Below, piece after piece: positions 52,295 to 63,403 of a DNA stretch of 64,000 bases. Origin of the DNA: an uncultured Planctomycetaceae bacterium (GTDB lineage: Bacteria; Planctomycetota; Planctomycetia; Isosphaerales; Isosphaeraceae); the NCBI GenBank assembly GCA_963833985.1, contig CAWIAD010000002.1, forward strand, positions 416,001 through 480,000, read 5' to 3'. How positions within the stretch are numbered: the first letter of the stretch is position 1; each line of letters opens with the position of its first letter. A model generated the notes under the pieces. The model saw only the letters and a list, made by a program, of their open reading frames with translations, made no database searches and had not been told where the DNA came from. A program made the position numbers and the translations under genes.

Positions 52295-54421
52295 TCAGCC
52301 GGTGAGCGCCTCGAGCATGCTCTCGGGCGCGGCTGCGTACTCCAGCGGCTCCATCGTGTAGCTGGCGCGGCCCTGGCTCAGGCTGCGCACGGCCGTGGAG
52401 TAGCCGAACATCTTCTCGAGCGGGGCGCGGGCGTCGATGACCATCAGCTTGCCGCGCGTCGAGGTGCGGTCGATCAGGGCCCGCCGGCTCGACAGGTCGC
52501 CCGTGACGTTGCCCAGGTAGTCCTCGGGCGTGACCACCTCGATCCGCATGATCGGCTCCAGCAGCACCGCCCCGGCCTCCTCCACGGCCTTCCGCAAAGC
52601 GTCGGACGCGGCGAAGCGGTAGGCCAGGTCATTGGAATCCACATCGTGATAGGCCCCGTCGGTGAGCGTGACCCTCAGGTCCACCAGCGGGTATCCGGTT
52701 CGCCCGCCCGACTTGGCCTCCTCGCGCAGGCCGGCCTCGATGGCCGGGATGAACTCGGCGGGAATCACGCCTCCCTTCATCTTGTTCACGAACCGGAGCA
52801 CAGGAGCCCCCTTGGGCTGTGTTTCGGGTGCGAGGTCGATGGTGATCTTGGCGTACAGTCCCGACCCGCCAGTCTGGCGAATGCACGTGCCTTCCACACG
52901 CGAGACCGCCTTCTTGATCGTCTCTCGGTAACTCACCCGCGGCCGGCCGACGTGCACCTTGAGGTTGTAGTCGCGCGTCATCCGGTTCTTGAGGATCTCC
53001 AGGTGCAATTCACCCATGCCGGAGATGAGCGTCTGGCCGGTCTCCTCGTTGACCTTGAAGGTGAACGTCGGGTCCTCGCGCGTCAGCGCATTGAGCGTAT
53101 CGGACAGCTTTCCCTTGTCAGCCGAGCTCACCGGCTCGATCGACATGCTGATCACCGTCTCCGGGAACTCGATCCGCTCCAGCAGGATGGGATGCGCCGC
53201 GTCGCAGAGCGTATCACCGGTGACCGAGTCTTTCAGGCCCACGATCCCCACGATGTCGCCGGTACCCGCCAGGGTGATCTGCTCGCGGTCATCAGCGCGG
53301 ATGTGGTACAGCCGCGAGCAGTTCTCTTTCTTGTCCTTGCCCGGGTTGTAGACGCGCGTGCCGGCCTTCAGGCTGCCCGAGTAGATCCGCACGAACGACA
53401 GGTCGCCGTGCGCGTCGTTGGTGATCTTGAAGACCAAGGCCGCGAACGGCTCGCTCGGGCTCGGCTTGCGAGCCAGCTCGGTGCCTTTCTTGGGGTGGTG
53501 GCCCGTGATCGGCGGCCGATCGAGCGGGCTGGGCAGGTAGGCCGCGACCGCGTTCAGGAGCCGCTGAACGCCCACGTACTTGAAGCTTGACCCGCACAGC
53601 ACCGGCTGGGCCCGGCCCGTCAGCGTGGCCCGGCGGAGGGCTGCGTGCATCATGCCTTCGGACAGCTCTGCGCCGTCGAGATGGCTCATGTACTCCTCGG
53701 CGAACGTCTCGTCGAAGGCCGAAAGGCTGTTGAGCATCGTCTCGCGCCAGGCCTCGGCGTCGAGCCTCAGGTCGTCGGGAATGTCCACGACGGTGAACGT
53801 CGAGCCCAGGTCCTCGGTCTTGTAATAGATCGCCTTCATGGTGATCAGGTCGATGAGCCCCTGGAACTCGCCCATCGTCCCTTCCGGCCCCGCGCCGATG
53901 GGGATCTGGATGGGAATCGGGTGGCTCTCCAGCAGCCGCTCCTCGATCTCCTTGTAGACCCGCTCGAACTCGGCGCCGATGCGGTCCATCTTGTTGATGA
54001 AGCAGAGCCGGGGAACGTGGTACTTGGCCGCCTGCCGCCAGACGGTCTCGCTCTGGGCCTCGACGCCCTCAACGGCCGAGAAGATGACCACCGCACCGTC
54101 GAGCACGCGCAGCGAGCGCTCGACCTCGGCCGTGAAATCGACGTGCCCGGGCGTGTCGATGATGTTGATCGTGATCGGGTTCTCGTCGGCATCCTTCCAC
54201 CGGCAGGTGATGGCGGCCGCGACGATGGTGATGCCGCGTTCCCGCTCCTCCTCCAGGTAATCGGTGGTGGTATTCCCCTTGTCCACGTCGCCCATCCGGT
54301 GGATCTCACCGGTGTAGTAGAGGATGCGTTCGGTGGTCGTGGTCTTGCCGGCGTCGATGTGCGCGATGATGCCGATGTTGCGGATCTGTCGTAGGTCCGT
54401 CAGGTCGGGTTCGCTGGCCAT
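52295..54421 (-). CDS. fusA: Elongation factor G
   Basis: AHIDAGKTT, ERGITI, DTPGHVDF, NKMD, GMGELHL, YHDVDS. Confidence 0.97.
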   Translation of the reverse strand: MASEPDLTDLRQIRNIGIIAHIDAGKTTTTERILYYTGEIHRMGDVDKGNTTTDYLEEERERGITIVAAAITCRWKDADENPITINIIDTPGHVDFTAEVERSLRVLDGAVVIFSAVEGVEAQSETVWRQAAKYHVPRLCFINKMDRIGAEFERVYKEIEERLLESHPIPIQIPIGAGPEGTMGEFQGLIDLITMKAIYYKTEDLGSTFTVVDIPDDLRLDAEAWRETMLNSLSAFDETFAEEYMSHLDGAELSEGMMHAALRRATLTGRAQPVLCGSSFKYVGVQRLLNAVAAYLPSPLDRPPITGHHPKKGTELARKPSPSEPFAALVFKITNDAHGDLSFVRIYSGSLKAGTRVYNPGKDKKENCSRLYHIRADDREQITLAGTGDIVGIVGLKDSVTGDTLCDAAHPILLERIEFPETVISMSIEPVSSADKGKLSDTLNALTREDPTFTFKVNEETGQTLISGMGELHLEILKNRMTRDYNLKVHVGRPRVSYRETIKKAVSRVEGTCIRQTGGSGLYAKITIDLAPETQPKGAPVLRFVNKMKGGVIPAEFIPAIEAGLREEAKSGGRTGYPLVDLRVTLTDGAYHDVDSNDLAYRFAASDALRKAVEEAGAVLLEPIMRIEVVTPEDYLGNVTGDLSSRRALIDRTSTRGKLMVIDARAPLEKMFGYSTAVRSLSQGRASYTMEPLEYAAAPESMLEALTG

Positions 54422-54760
54422 GGTCCTCTTTCCTTCTCCCGGCCGAACCGATCCCTCCGGGCGCAGACCGGCGGCAGAAATCCCAGGCAGCTTCGGTGTT
54501 GTGCGTTTCTGGCTGGCGTGCGGGCCTGGTCCCACAAGCTCGTTCTTCCAGCTTACCGCCAGAAGCGCGCGGAATCAGCGCGAGTCGGCGCGGGCCGGTT
54601 CAGCGGTTACCGGCCTGGTGGGACCATCCCGACTCGAGTGAACCCCAAAGGTTACCAGAAGCAAGAAGAGCTATCGCTCGCCGGCACCGCCATACGATAC
54701 CGTCTTTGGCGCCGCTCAACCGGCCACGTTGATTCGTTTCCTCTCCGTGCTCTCCGTGGT

Positions 54761-55619
54761 TCAAGAGTCTTCCTGGCGCGACTTGCGGCTGCTCCACCAC
54801 CAGAGCACCATGGCAAGCGCAACGACCGCCGTAGCGGCGATCATCCACGGCGTGTACCCGTAAGCCGAGGGCGGCACGTAGATCAGGCCGGTGATCCGGT
54901 CTGCCTTCACCGCGATGTTGTCGAATTCCACGTCGATGGGCGCCTTGAGGGCCTGGGGCAAAACCTGAAACGCCAGGCTCTCGACGCGGTGGTCGCCGAA
55001 CGTGACGGCCCCGACCCGGCGGGACGGCTGACCGTGCGGACCGGCGTGGAACTGGAGCTCGCTGCCCACACGCACCAGCCGGATCGTGCCGGCCTTGTCG
55101 TCGGTGGAGCTTCCCCCGGCTTCCGCCGCACGCTTGCTTTCGGCCGGCGGCTGGAACCAGTGGCTGTAGCCGTGTCCCGCGCTCTTGCTGTTCGTCCGCG
55201 AGATCGCCGCCATGCCATCCGCGCCCGCCACGAAGATCGACAGGTTGATCCATTCCTTGTCCGGCGCGGGAAAGATCGCAGCGAGTAATCGACGCTGACG
55301 TCGAAATCTCCCTCGAGCCCGAACCGGCTGTTCAGGCCGATGAGCGGCCGCATCTCCATGCCGGGCGGGACGATCAGGCGCATCACGCCCTTCGAGAAAT
55401 CGGTCTTCGTGACCGCCACGCTCGTATTGGCAAGCGCCACCGCATGTGATCGAAATCCTTGCCGGCGAACGACTCGTTGATCTCCGTCACCGCCGGGTCC
55501 TGGGCGACGGCTCGATGGGTCGATTCAAATCCCGCCATGAGCAGGACCAGAAGCGGGCAGACGTACGCCGCCCCTGGAAGAGCGAAGCGACGATGAAGTG
55601 TGAACATCACACCGAACAT
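54761..55619 (-). CDS. DUF1583-like membrane-anchored secreted protein (2 frameshifts)
   Basis: Signal peptide; LEGDFDVSVDY, GTIRLVRVG, FDNIAVKAD; C-terminal TM helix and basic tail; ORFs 55383-55619, 54907-55440 and 54761-55231. Confidence 0.55.
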
Positions 55620-55622
55620 CGT

Positions 55623-56612
55623 TTACTCCACGCTCGCGGCCTCGCCCCCGGCGATGGTGGCAAGCGCCTTCCACGGCCCGGGTGCCACCGTCTGCTTGAT
55701 CCAGTGGACCGAGCCGTCGGCCGTCAGCAGGTTCACGCCGCCAGGGTGCCGGCTGGTCGCGGTCTCCGCGAGCTGGCCCTCGGTGTCGGTCACGCCCGTG
55801 GTGCAGCTTTGCTGATGGGGCGGCAAAAAATGGTGATAGCGCGTGTAAAACGCGTTGCCGTCAGACCAGCGCTGGCCGGACCATTCCAGCGAGTGCGGCG
55901 TAGCGCGGGGTGGTCACCGGGCTGGCCTGCCCGCAGCTTGCCATCGTCGGGCTGATCTCGTACAGGTCTCCCAGCGGGTCGGGCTGTGCGGAATTGCCCA
56001 GGCAGCGCTCGCTGAAGACCGCCGTCGCGCTGGTGCCGTCGCGGATCGACGAGAGCTTGATGGCACTCTGGAACCAGAACGCTCCGTCGTTGACACCCGT
56101 ATTCTTGACCGGGTCGCTGATGAGATTGATGGGCAAGGTCCCGCGCAGGCCCGGTAGTTGTTGCACGAATTGCCATCCTTGTCCGCGATAAAGCCGACGT
56201 CCGACGGGCACAGGAAAACGCTCAGATTGGTGAGCAGCCCGGTGGCGTTGGGCGCGCCGTAGAGCGGGTGATGGGCCCACGGCAGGCCGCTGAAGTTGAG
56301 CGCGCTGTAGACGGTCGTCTGCTCCAGGTAAGGAAGCAGTTGCGAATGCGCCGACCAGCGGGGCAAGAAGCCCGCCGGCGCGCCGCCGCCAGCGCCGAAC
56401 GGGTAGACCGTGTGCACCCCTTCGTACCCCGCCAGCGCCACCCCGATCTGCCGCAGGTTGTTCAGACAAGAGCCTCTTCGCGCCGCCTCGCGCGCCATCT
56501 GCACCGCGGGGATGAGCAAGGCGAACAGCAGGCCGATGACCGCGATCACGACCAGAAGCTCAATGAGCGTGAACGCGCGCGGGGGATACCGGCGGCGGGG
56601 AACTGGCGTCAT
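55623..56612 (-). CDS. DUF1559 prepilin-type protein (2 frameshifts)
   Basis: [16 protein letters not shown]...[42 protein letters not shown] across three ORFs. Confidence 0.85.
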
Positions 56613-58461
56613 GCGCGTCGTTGGCATCGTTCGCATCCTCCAGCTCGGGCAAGCCCAGCGCGCGGCGTACCCGATTTGCCTCGGCCAGGTCGATCTCGTA
56701 AACGTAAATCGAATGGGCCACGACCGCAATGGGATGGAATTGGTGGAAGTAATCATAGGCTTTCAGGGGCACCCATGTCTGCGAGCCCTTGCCGTTGGGC
56801 GATGAAAACGGCACGCCAACCAGGTAGTTGGCGCTGACGGCGTGGAGGCCGGGCACCGGCCCGATGTCCGCGTCCTCGCGTCCCGGATGGGCGCCCGGCC
56901 CGAAAGGCGGGAGTTCATACCGGATTCCCAGGACTTCGGGAAACATGAAACCGAAGTAGGCAAGCTTCACCGTTCGGCCGGGCGCGTGCTCGTCTAGCCA
57001 GTCCTTCAGCCCCACCAGCCCCTGGCCCCAGTCGATGTTGCTGTCGGCGAGATGCTCCAGCCCGTGCTGAGGCCCGCCGGCCGCCTCGTTGAAATATGTC
57101 AGGAAATACGGGTAAACGGCAACCGCGCCGGCGGCCGACCAGACGAGGGTTCCGGCCACGATCACCGACCACAATCGCCGGCTGGCCGCGAGGAAGGGTC
57201 CCAGCCGCCCGGTCAGGATGAAGAGGTACGGATACACGGGCAGCGCGTAGCGGCCAAAGTTCAGTCCCGTCTGCGTGCTGACGAGCGTCAGCAACGCCAG
57301 TGCCGGGACAATCAGGCAAGCCTCGTCCACCAGGCCGCGCCGGTACTCCCTTCGCCGCGCTGCCAGCACCGCCGCGAAAAACATAAGGCCCATCATGCCG
57401 GCCGGCGTCTTGACCGCGAGGTAGTAGAGGTAGTAATACCACCAGCCCGCACCGCGCCTTAACTCCCCGCGCAGGTACTTGTAGTAGGTCCCGCCGTCCA
57501 CATCGGACATCTGGTCGTCCAGCCCCAGCAGGTATTGCTCCGGCAACGGCACCGGCAGGCGAGCCAGCACGGAACCGTGGAAGCGATTGTCAAGCGATCG
57601 GGGCATCACGGGATCGTTCGCCTTTGGGCCGATCAAAAGCCGGCTCTTGAACGCGAATGAACCCAGGCTGCGTCCCGTGCCCTCGAAGAGGTAGACGCTG
57701 TTCAGGACATAGAGAGACACGAAGCACGCGAGCGCCGCGTGGACGAAGAACTTGCGCCATGGAAGCCGGGCGCCATCCACACCCAATCGGCCCGTCCAGG
57801 CCGCCCATAGGCCGAGAACAATCCAAACGGCTGGCAGCACGACGAGCGAGAACTTGGTCCCCTCAGCGAGTCCGAGCAGAACCCCGCAGAGGATCGCTTG
57901 CTTGAGACTGGGCCCCTTGAGATAAGCCCAGAACGCATAGCACGCCCCCAGCGCAACGACCGTCGCGCCCATGTCCATCGTGACCAGGCCGCCGTGGGCG
58001 AGGATCTCCGGGCAGAAGGTCCACATCGAAAGGCTGATCAAACCTCCGCACGCTCCGAACAGGGTCCGCGACCACCGATACACCAGATAGCCGCCCAGAA
58101 CCGAGATTGAGACCACGACGAGCCTGCACATGACGTACAATCGCATGTAGCGATTTTTATTTAGCATCATGAACTCGCGGCTCATGTCTGTGCCCCGCAC
58201 ATCGCTATCGGGCGCGCACCTTTGATAGTCCGTCGGGACGCCCGCAACGACGGCCGGCAGCGAGAAGGCGAGCCTGATCAGCGGAGGGTTGTGGTGATAG
58301 CACCAGAAATCACCGAAGTGCCAGTGGCTCATCCCGGCTGGGAGATGACACCCCTCGTCGACAGTGACAGAGTTTCTAGGCAGGCTGAGGCCGAGAAGGA
58401 GCACATGAACGCAAAGCAAGCAGGCGGTAAGCACGCGGTACCATGAATGGTTCCAGGCCAT
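56560..58461 (-). CDS. GT-C glycosyltransferase (PMT-2/ArnT-like, GT39/GT83 type)
   Basis: [52 protein letters not shown]; many TM segments. Confidence 0.88.
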   Translation of the reverse strand: MAWNHSWYRVLTACLLCVHVLLLGLSLPRNSVTVDEGCHLPAGMSHWHFGDFWCYHHNPPLIRLAFSLPAVVAGVPTDYQRCAPDSDVRGTDMSREFMMLNKNRYMRLYVMCRLVVVSISVLGGYLVYRWSRTLFGACGGLISLSMWTFCPEILAHGGLVTMDMGATVVALGACYAFWAYLKGPSLKQAILCGVLLGLAEGTKFSLVVLPAVWIVLGLWAAWTGRLGVDGARLPWRKFFVHAALACFVSLYVLNSVYLFEGTGRSLGSFAFKSRLLIGPKANDPVMPRSLDNRFHGSVLARLPVPLPEQYLLGLDDQMSDVDGGTYYKYLRGELRRGAGWWYYYLYYLAVKTPAGMMGLMFFAAVLAARRREYRRGLVDEACLIVPALALLTLVSTQTGLNFGRYALPVYPYLFILTGRLGPFLAASRRLWSVIVAGTLVWSAAGAVAVYPYFLTYFNEAAGGPQHGLEHLADSNIDWGQGLVGLKDWLDEHAPGRTVKLAYFGFMFPEVLGIRYELPPFGPGAHPGREDADIGPVPGLHAVSANYLVGVPFSSPNGKGSQTWVPLKAYDYFHQFHPIAVVAHSIYVYEIDLAEANRVRRALGLPELEDANDANDAHDASSPPPVSPARVHAH

Positions 58462-59598
58462 GTGTGCCTTCGAGACAAACAGCCGGTGAGCCCTCAGCCG
58501 GGGCGCCTTTTCACTCCGCATCGGGTATAGGGCTCCGCCAGCAAGTGGAACGATTCAGACCGCGAAAGTCCTGGCCCATGATCGCTCCCAAAGTAGTTGA
58601 AGGGAGGTCAACTTTACTACAACTATTTATATAAATGTATTATGAGTGCGTGCAACTCGCTCTGGAACTGCTACGCCGCCGCGGTCAGGCTTTCAGAGGT
58701 CTACAGAGGAACACCGGACCGCTCGATCAGTAACCGCCGAGCCTGACCGTGCTCAAACGCAATGACTCAGCTTACTCTGAGGGGCTCAGCCGGTAGATAC
58801 GAATTGACCTGCCGACACGGGCCACCGGCTCTGTTCTCAGGAGCTTGACTCGCATGCTCGACCCAAGTGGCGAATAACGATCCGCCACGGCGACGCAGTG
58901 GCTTGCGCTGTAGTCTAGCAAGACGTTCTCGCTCACCGCCAAGAACGTACAGTGCGCGAGGCCTTCAGAAGCTGGCGCGACATCAGGAGGCTTCAGTCCG
59001 TACGGTTCCCCGTCTCCTAGGCCGTGGACGAATATCTGGACTCGCCCCTCGCTCGAATGCTCGGACACCCAAGACGCGAGTCGCGCCAGGTCTTGGCCCC
59101 AATCAAGATTGTCACCGATAAGTGCCGGGCGCCCCCGGGGGCTCGACCAACAAAGCTCATTCTGCCATCCGAGGTGATCGGGTACGGCTTCGACCGCGTT
59201 TGCGGCGAGCCAGGCGAGCAGGCTACCCAGAACGAACCGGCTGACAAAACGGGTCGTCTGCCATACCTGACCTATCCATATGCACAAAGGCGGGAGGACC
59301 GGAAGCATGTACCGGAAAAAGGCGCTAGAGCCCGAGCCTGTACACATTGCGACTGAAAGCGCAAGCGCCGCGGGTGGTACGACAAGGCAGGCTTCCGCCC
59401 AGGAATTCCTGCCGCCCCCTCGCACAAGGCGGGGAATGTGAGCCAGGGAGAGAATCGACAAGATCACGACTGGCAAGGGCACCTTCAGCAGAAAGGTGAC
59501 AGCGTACCAGTACCACCAGCCGCCGAGTCTGCTTTGACCCCACAGGTACGTGTACTGAGGGCCTTCGGAATCGGCCAATTGGACATCAAGGCCCCTAA

Positions 59599-61108
59599 TT
59601 CTACTGTATCTCTACGTTCGTAGTTGGTTCTTCAAAGGGGGTAAGAGTTTGCGTGAGTAATGCTGGAAGAATCGGGCGAGCTCGTTGCGTTCCAACCAAC
59701 GTGTGGTGCACCGGGAGAGCTTCTCGGGGCTGTTGACGTTGAGACGTTCCTCGATGATCCCTGCGATCAGTTGCCGCAACCGCGGTGACGTCAATGCCGG
59801 TGTCTGTATTTTTTCCCCGCCGCGTCTCCTGATTCAGGAACCACGCGGCCACGAGCGACAAGGTTTGATGGTGATGCCAGGCGATCCAGTTCCGCACCTG
59901 GTAATCGGCCAGGCCCGCCTCCCCTTTGCCCCGCTCCAGGCACTCCTCGATCCGATGCGCCAGTTTGGCCACCCGGCCAAATTCGATCAACGGAGTTTCG
60001 GCTTTACTATTTGATAAATAATAATCATGTTTAACAGTTCCATCGGCCTGTTGCTCACGCGTGATGAAGAGGACCTCCTCGAAACCTGCACGATTGCCCG
60101 GTCCTCGAGATTGGACGCGCCGCTTGATCGCGTCGACCACCAAAGGTCCCTTCTCGCCATCACGGACGTCGAGCCTCGTCCACGCCGATTCCGGCAGGGC
60201 CGCACGCCAATGATCCACACGCATGAAAGGAGCCTTGGGGGGTTGACCCCGCCCCCCATATTCCGGTGGCGGTGCCTCCAGATCGCGGATCGTCGTGTTC
60301 GACGGAACCGCCAACAGATACTGCTCCCCCCGCTCCCTCAACGCCTGGCGAAAACTCGCGGGACGGCCCATTTCATCGTCCCCCGCCACCCACGCGTGTG
60401 GCAGCAACCCACCTTGCTCATCCAGCATCGCCAGGGCCAATTGATGGCGCGTCTGGAACTTGATGGACTTGGGGACGCCAGCCTTGTTCCGGCGGTCGCG
60501 ATCCTTGGCCCATTCCTTGGGCAAGTAAAGCCTTACATTGGTAATCGTATGCTCTTTTCTAGACGCATAAGCCATGTAGACGCCAACCTGACAGTTCTCA
60601 ACCTTCCCCAGCCGGCCGCACCACTGCCGCGCGACGCCCACCGACATAGTCCCTTTCTTGGGGAAGCCCGAAGGGTCGAAGATAATCACCCCATCCTTCT
60701 CGCCCAGTTGCTCGCCGACCTGCTGCGCCAGGATCGTGAGCAGGGGTTGATGATCCCATGGCACGTGCCCGATGAACTTTTGGATTCCTTGTCGTTCTTG
60801 ATCGTGGAGATAAGCGATTCCCTCGCCGGTCTTGTGCTCAAGCTTCGACAGCAGACCGGTAACGTACTCGGTTGCATGTCGATGTTGTTCAGGTTCGCTC
60901 AGGGTCGCAGCGAACGGCTCGATGAAGACGTCCAACCGTTCCAGCAGACCATCGATCAAGTCAGGCGACACCTGCGATTGTGCCAGCATGTCAGCCAACC
61001 GTGCTTCGTATCGTCGATCCATGACGCCCTCGCTTCCTTGTAACATCCTTGACGGAAGCGAATATCAGAAAAAACCTTACAGTTCGTCAACCCCAGGATA
61101 CAGTAGAA
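59599..61108 (-). mobile_element. IS701-family insertion sequence (1510 bp)
   Basis: Terminal inverted repeats TTCTACTGTATC (59599-59610) and GATACAGTAGAA (61097-61108); 4-bp target duplication CTAA (59595-59598 and 61109-61112), matching the YTAR preference known for IS701. Confidence 0.93.
59601..61022 (-). CDS. IS701-family DDE transposase
   Basis: FDPSGFPKKG..SVGVARQWCGRLGKVENCQVGV, WVAGDDEMG, IEECLERGKGEAGLADYQVRNWIAWHHH. Confidence 0.93.
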   Translation of the reverse strand: MDRRYEARLADMLAQSQVSPDLIDGLLERLDVFIEPFAATLSEPEQHRHATEYVTGLLSKLEHKTGEGIAYLHDQERQGIQKFIGHVPWDHQPLLTILAQQVGEQLGEKDGVIIFDPSGFPKKGTMSVGVARQWCGRLGKVENCQVGVYMAYASRKEHTITNVRLYLPKEWAKDRDRRNKAGVPKSIKFQTRHQLALAMLDEQGGLLPHAWVAGDDEMGRPASFRQALRERGEQYLLAVPSNTTIRDLEAPPPEYGGRGQPPKAPFMRVDHWRAALPESAWTRLDVRDGEKGPLVVDAIKRRVQSRGPGNRAGFEEVLFITREQQADGTVKHDYYLSNSKAETPLIEFGRVAKLAHRIEECLERGKGEAGLADYQVRNWIAWHHHQTLSLVAAWFLNQETRRGKNTDTGIDVTAVAATDRRDHRGTSQRQQPREALPVHHTLVGTQRARPILPALLTQTLTPFEEPTTNVEIQ

Positions 61109-62247
61109 CTAATGAACTCCGCCGGGACAGGTAAGGGAGCCCTCTCCAGCGGGCAGGCGCTGCCCGGCCCGCGGTTGGAATCCTGGTGCTTGTCGCCGGC
61201 CCATGTGGTGACGCGACACTGTCGGAGAGTCATTCCCAGGCCCGTGAATGCGTACGCGGCATCCAGCGCCACAAGACTCGTAGCAAATAGGAGCAGTCCA
61301 AGGCCGGCGATGCTGCCCAGAACCTTAACCCTCCGCCCGACGTCCGGACAAGATATACATAGCTGAAAGCGCCCTGCACAGCATGATCACGGCCCAACAA
61401 GGATAGAGGACCAGGAGGGTGAACTTGGTTGCCTGTGCCAGCCCCATCGCGAGCCCCGACGCAAGTGCATCCCTCGCGCGAAGAGATACAACGAGCGATG
61501 AGAAGCACCTACAAGAAACAACCAGAAGCACAGCGGCTGGCATGTCGGAGGTGACGAGAGACCCGTGAGCCAAAACAGGTGGCATTAAGCACCAGATAAA
61601 AAGCGACGCCACGCCCGGCCACGTTCCGTACATCCGGACCGACCAATCGAAGATGGTCAAGCCCCCAACGATTGTCAGAACCATTGGCAAAACTCGGCAG
61701 ATCCGATAAATCATGTGGTAGGAACTGCGATACCGCGACTGGAAGACATGACCGACCTCCCACTCGGTGCGGTCCGCTAGGTCTTTGTCCAACGAGGCGG
61801 GGTAGTCAACCCGAATGCCCGCTACATGGCAAGGGAGGGCGTAGAGTAACTTGCTCAGGGGGCCGCAGACACGATACACGGAGAAGGAACGGCGCTGCCA
61901 TGCCGCCAGGCCCGCTGGAAGGTGGGCATATTCCGTAACGGCTACAGAGTTTCCCCAGGCTCCGGGAAGCATGAGTACGACGGACGCTACAGCCAATGAG
62001 GCCACCACATACCGAACGCGGCACGGGACGGGAGACACGGACCGCCTCCTTCGTTCTAACGCTGTTCAGAAGGGGAGCCAGGCGTGGCCACAACGTGTCA
62101 GGGTGCGGGCGGCGTGATGGAACCCTGGCTCTGACTTGCGATATGCTTCGTCACGCGCGAAGGTGTGGACCATTCCGCTCAGGCAGTGAGCACGTCGTCG
62201 TCTACAGGCCGGACCGCTCGCTCAAGGGGGAAGACTCGGATTCGGTC

Positions 62248-63257
62248 TCAGCCCTCGGCGCCTGCTGAGTCCGAAGTCCCCCCGGGCACTTCTCTTTTCA
62301 CAAGCCTCATCCTGATCAGGAAGAGGAGAAGACCAACCGCGCCGGCTACGCACAGAAGGAGGCCCAGCCTGAACCGGGACGCGCCGGGGGAGAGAGCTCG
62401 GGAAGACCAACCGAACTCAGAGTAAAGTCTCGCTCATCGGGAGAACCGAGAGCCAGCTCCCCAAACTCGAAGGTGCGAGTGGTCCGTTGCGTTTTGATTG
62501 TGACCCGCCTGGGGAGCGGTGTCCCGCCAACCGGGTCACCGTATTCGACCTCGGAGGTGCGGCAAGAACCCTTGACGCACGCCTCTTGTTTACGCAGTGC
62601 CCAGCGGTCGTTCGGGGCAACCAGGAGCCAGCAGTCCATGAGCTGCGGGACGCCGTTGAACGAGTATCCTCTCGTATACGATATCTTGACCAACTCCTCC
62701 TTACCGGCGTTCTCCCTGGAAACGTTCGTAATCTTGGTCCCTGGCTCGAAGAGGAATTCGTCAATCGCGGTGATCGCCACAAAAGGTGCGTAGATGTAGT
62801 CCTGGCGAAACTCCTCGAGCGAGGCTACGAGCTTGCTTTTCTCACCGCGCCGACTGAAGCTTTTCAAGGCAAAAGGTCCATCGCCGGTCGGACCGGACGC
62901 CCGGAAGGCGTACGCGCTGTTCGCGACCGATATCGAGACCTCGGTTTCCCCCGCGGTCTCGACCCCGGGCGCGGGTTGCTTCGAGACCCTGAGAAGTTCG
63001 CCGCTAAATTCAAACGATATGGCATGTCTGCGGGTGGACGCCGCCGGAGGCAGCCCTTGCGTGACCTCGATCTCGATTCCCGAGCCACGGCACTGTGACA
63101 GGCGCCCATGGAGCTCCTTGAGCGCCGCGGGATATTCATGCAAGACCCGTTGCTTCAGGTCACCGTCCTGCGCGGGCACACTCCTGGTGCAGATCGCCAG
63201 GGACGAGCACACCGCAACCGCCAGGAATGAGAGAAGTGTTTTGCGGAAGACCTTCAT
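62248..63257 (-). CDS. Secreted hypothetical protein with a probable C-terminal TM anchor (frameshift near 62390)
   Basis: Signal peptide; beta-rich body; FTLSSVGLPE, then the alternative frame RFRLGLLLCVAGAVGLLLFLIRMRLVKR to a stop at 62248. Confidence 0.65.
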
Positions 63258-63403
63258 TGGGCTACTTCCAATCCAGTGGATCAGAACTCATCTTTCGGTT
63301 GATGACGCCCCTCGGCGCGCCCGGCCGGCTTGAGGAAGGTTGTCGGGGGACGGCGCCACCGCTCCGGTGGAAGGGCAACGGGTTCCTGACCGGGTCGTAA
63401 AAG

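Larger units (their letters stand above)
58772..62038 (-). pseudogene. Second GT-C glycosyltransferase, interrupted by IS701 (plus a frameshift near 61350)
   Basis: N-part EYAHLPAG, LAHGSLVTSD, KFT; C-part GWWYWY, RYMLP, DNLDWGQD; removing the IS restores the frame PLPVPAEFIRGLDVQLADSEG. Confidence 0.85.

Noticed and set aside
31671..54421. Long plus-strand ORFs opposite ribosomal, secY, rpoA and fusA genes (e.g. 32214-33425, 36551-37951, 38551-40125, 52229-53590)
   Set aside because: These are antisense shadows expected from high-GC codon bias and have no protein motifs.
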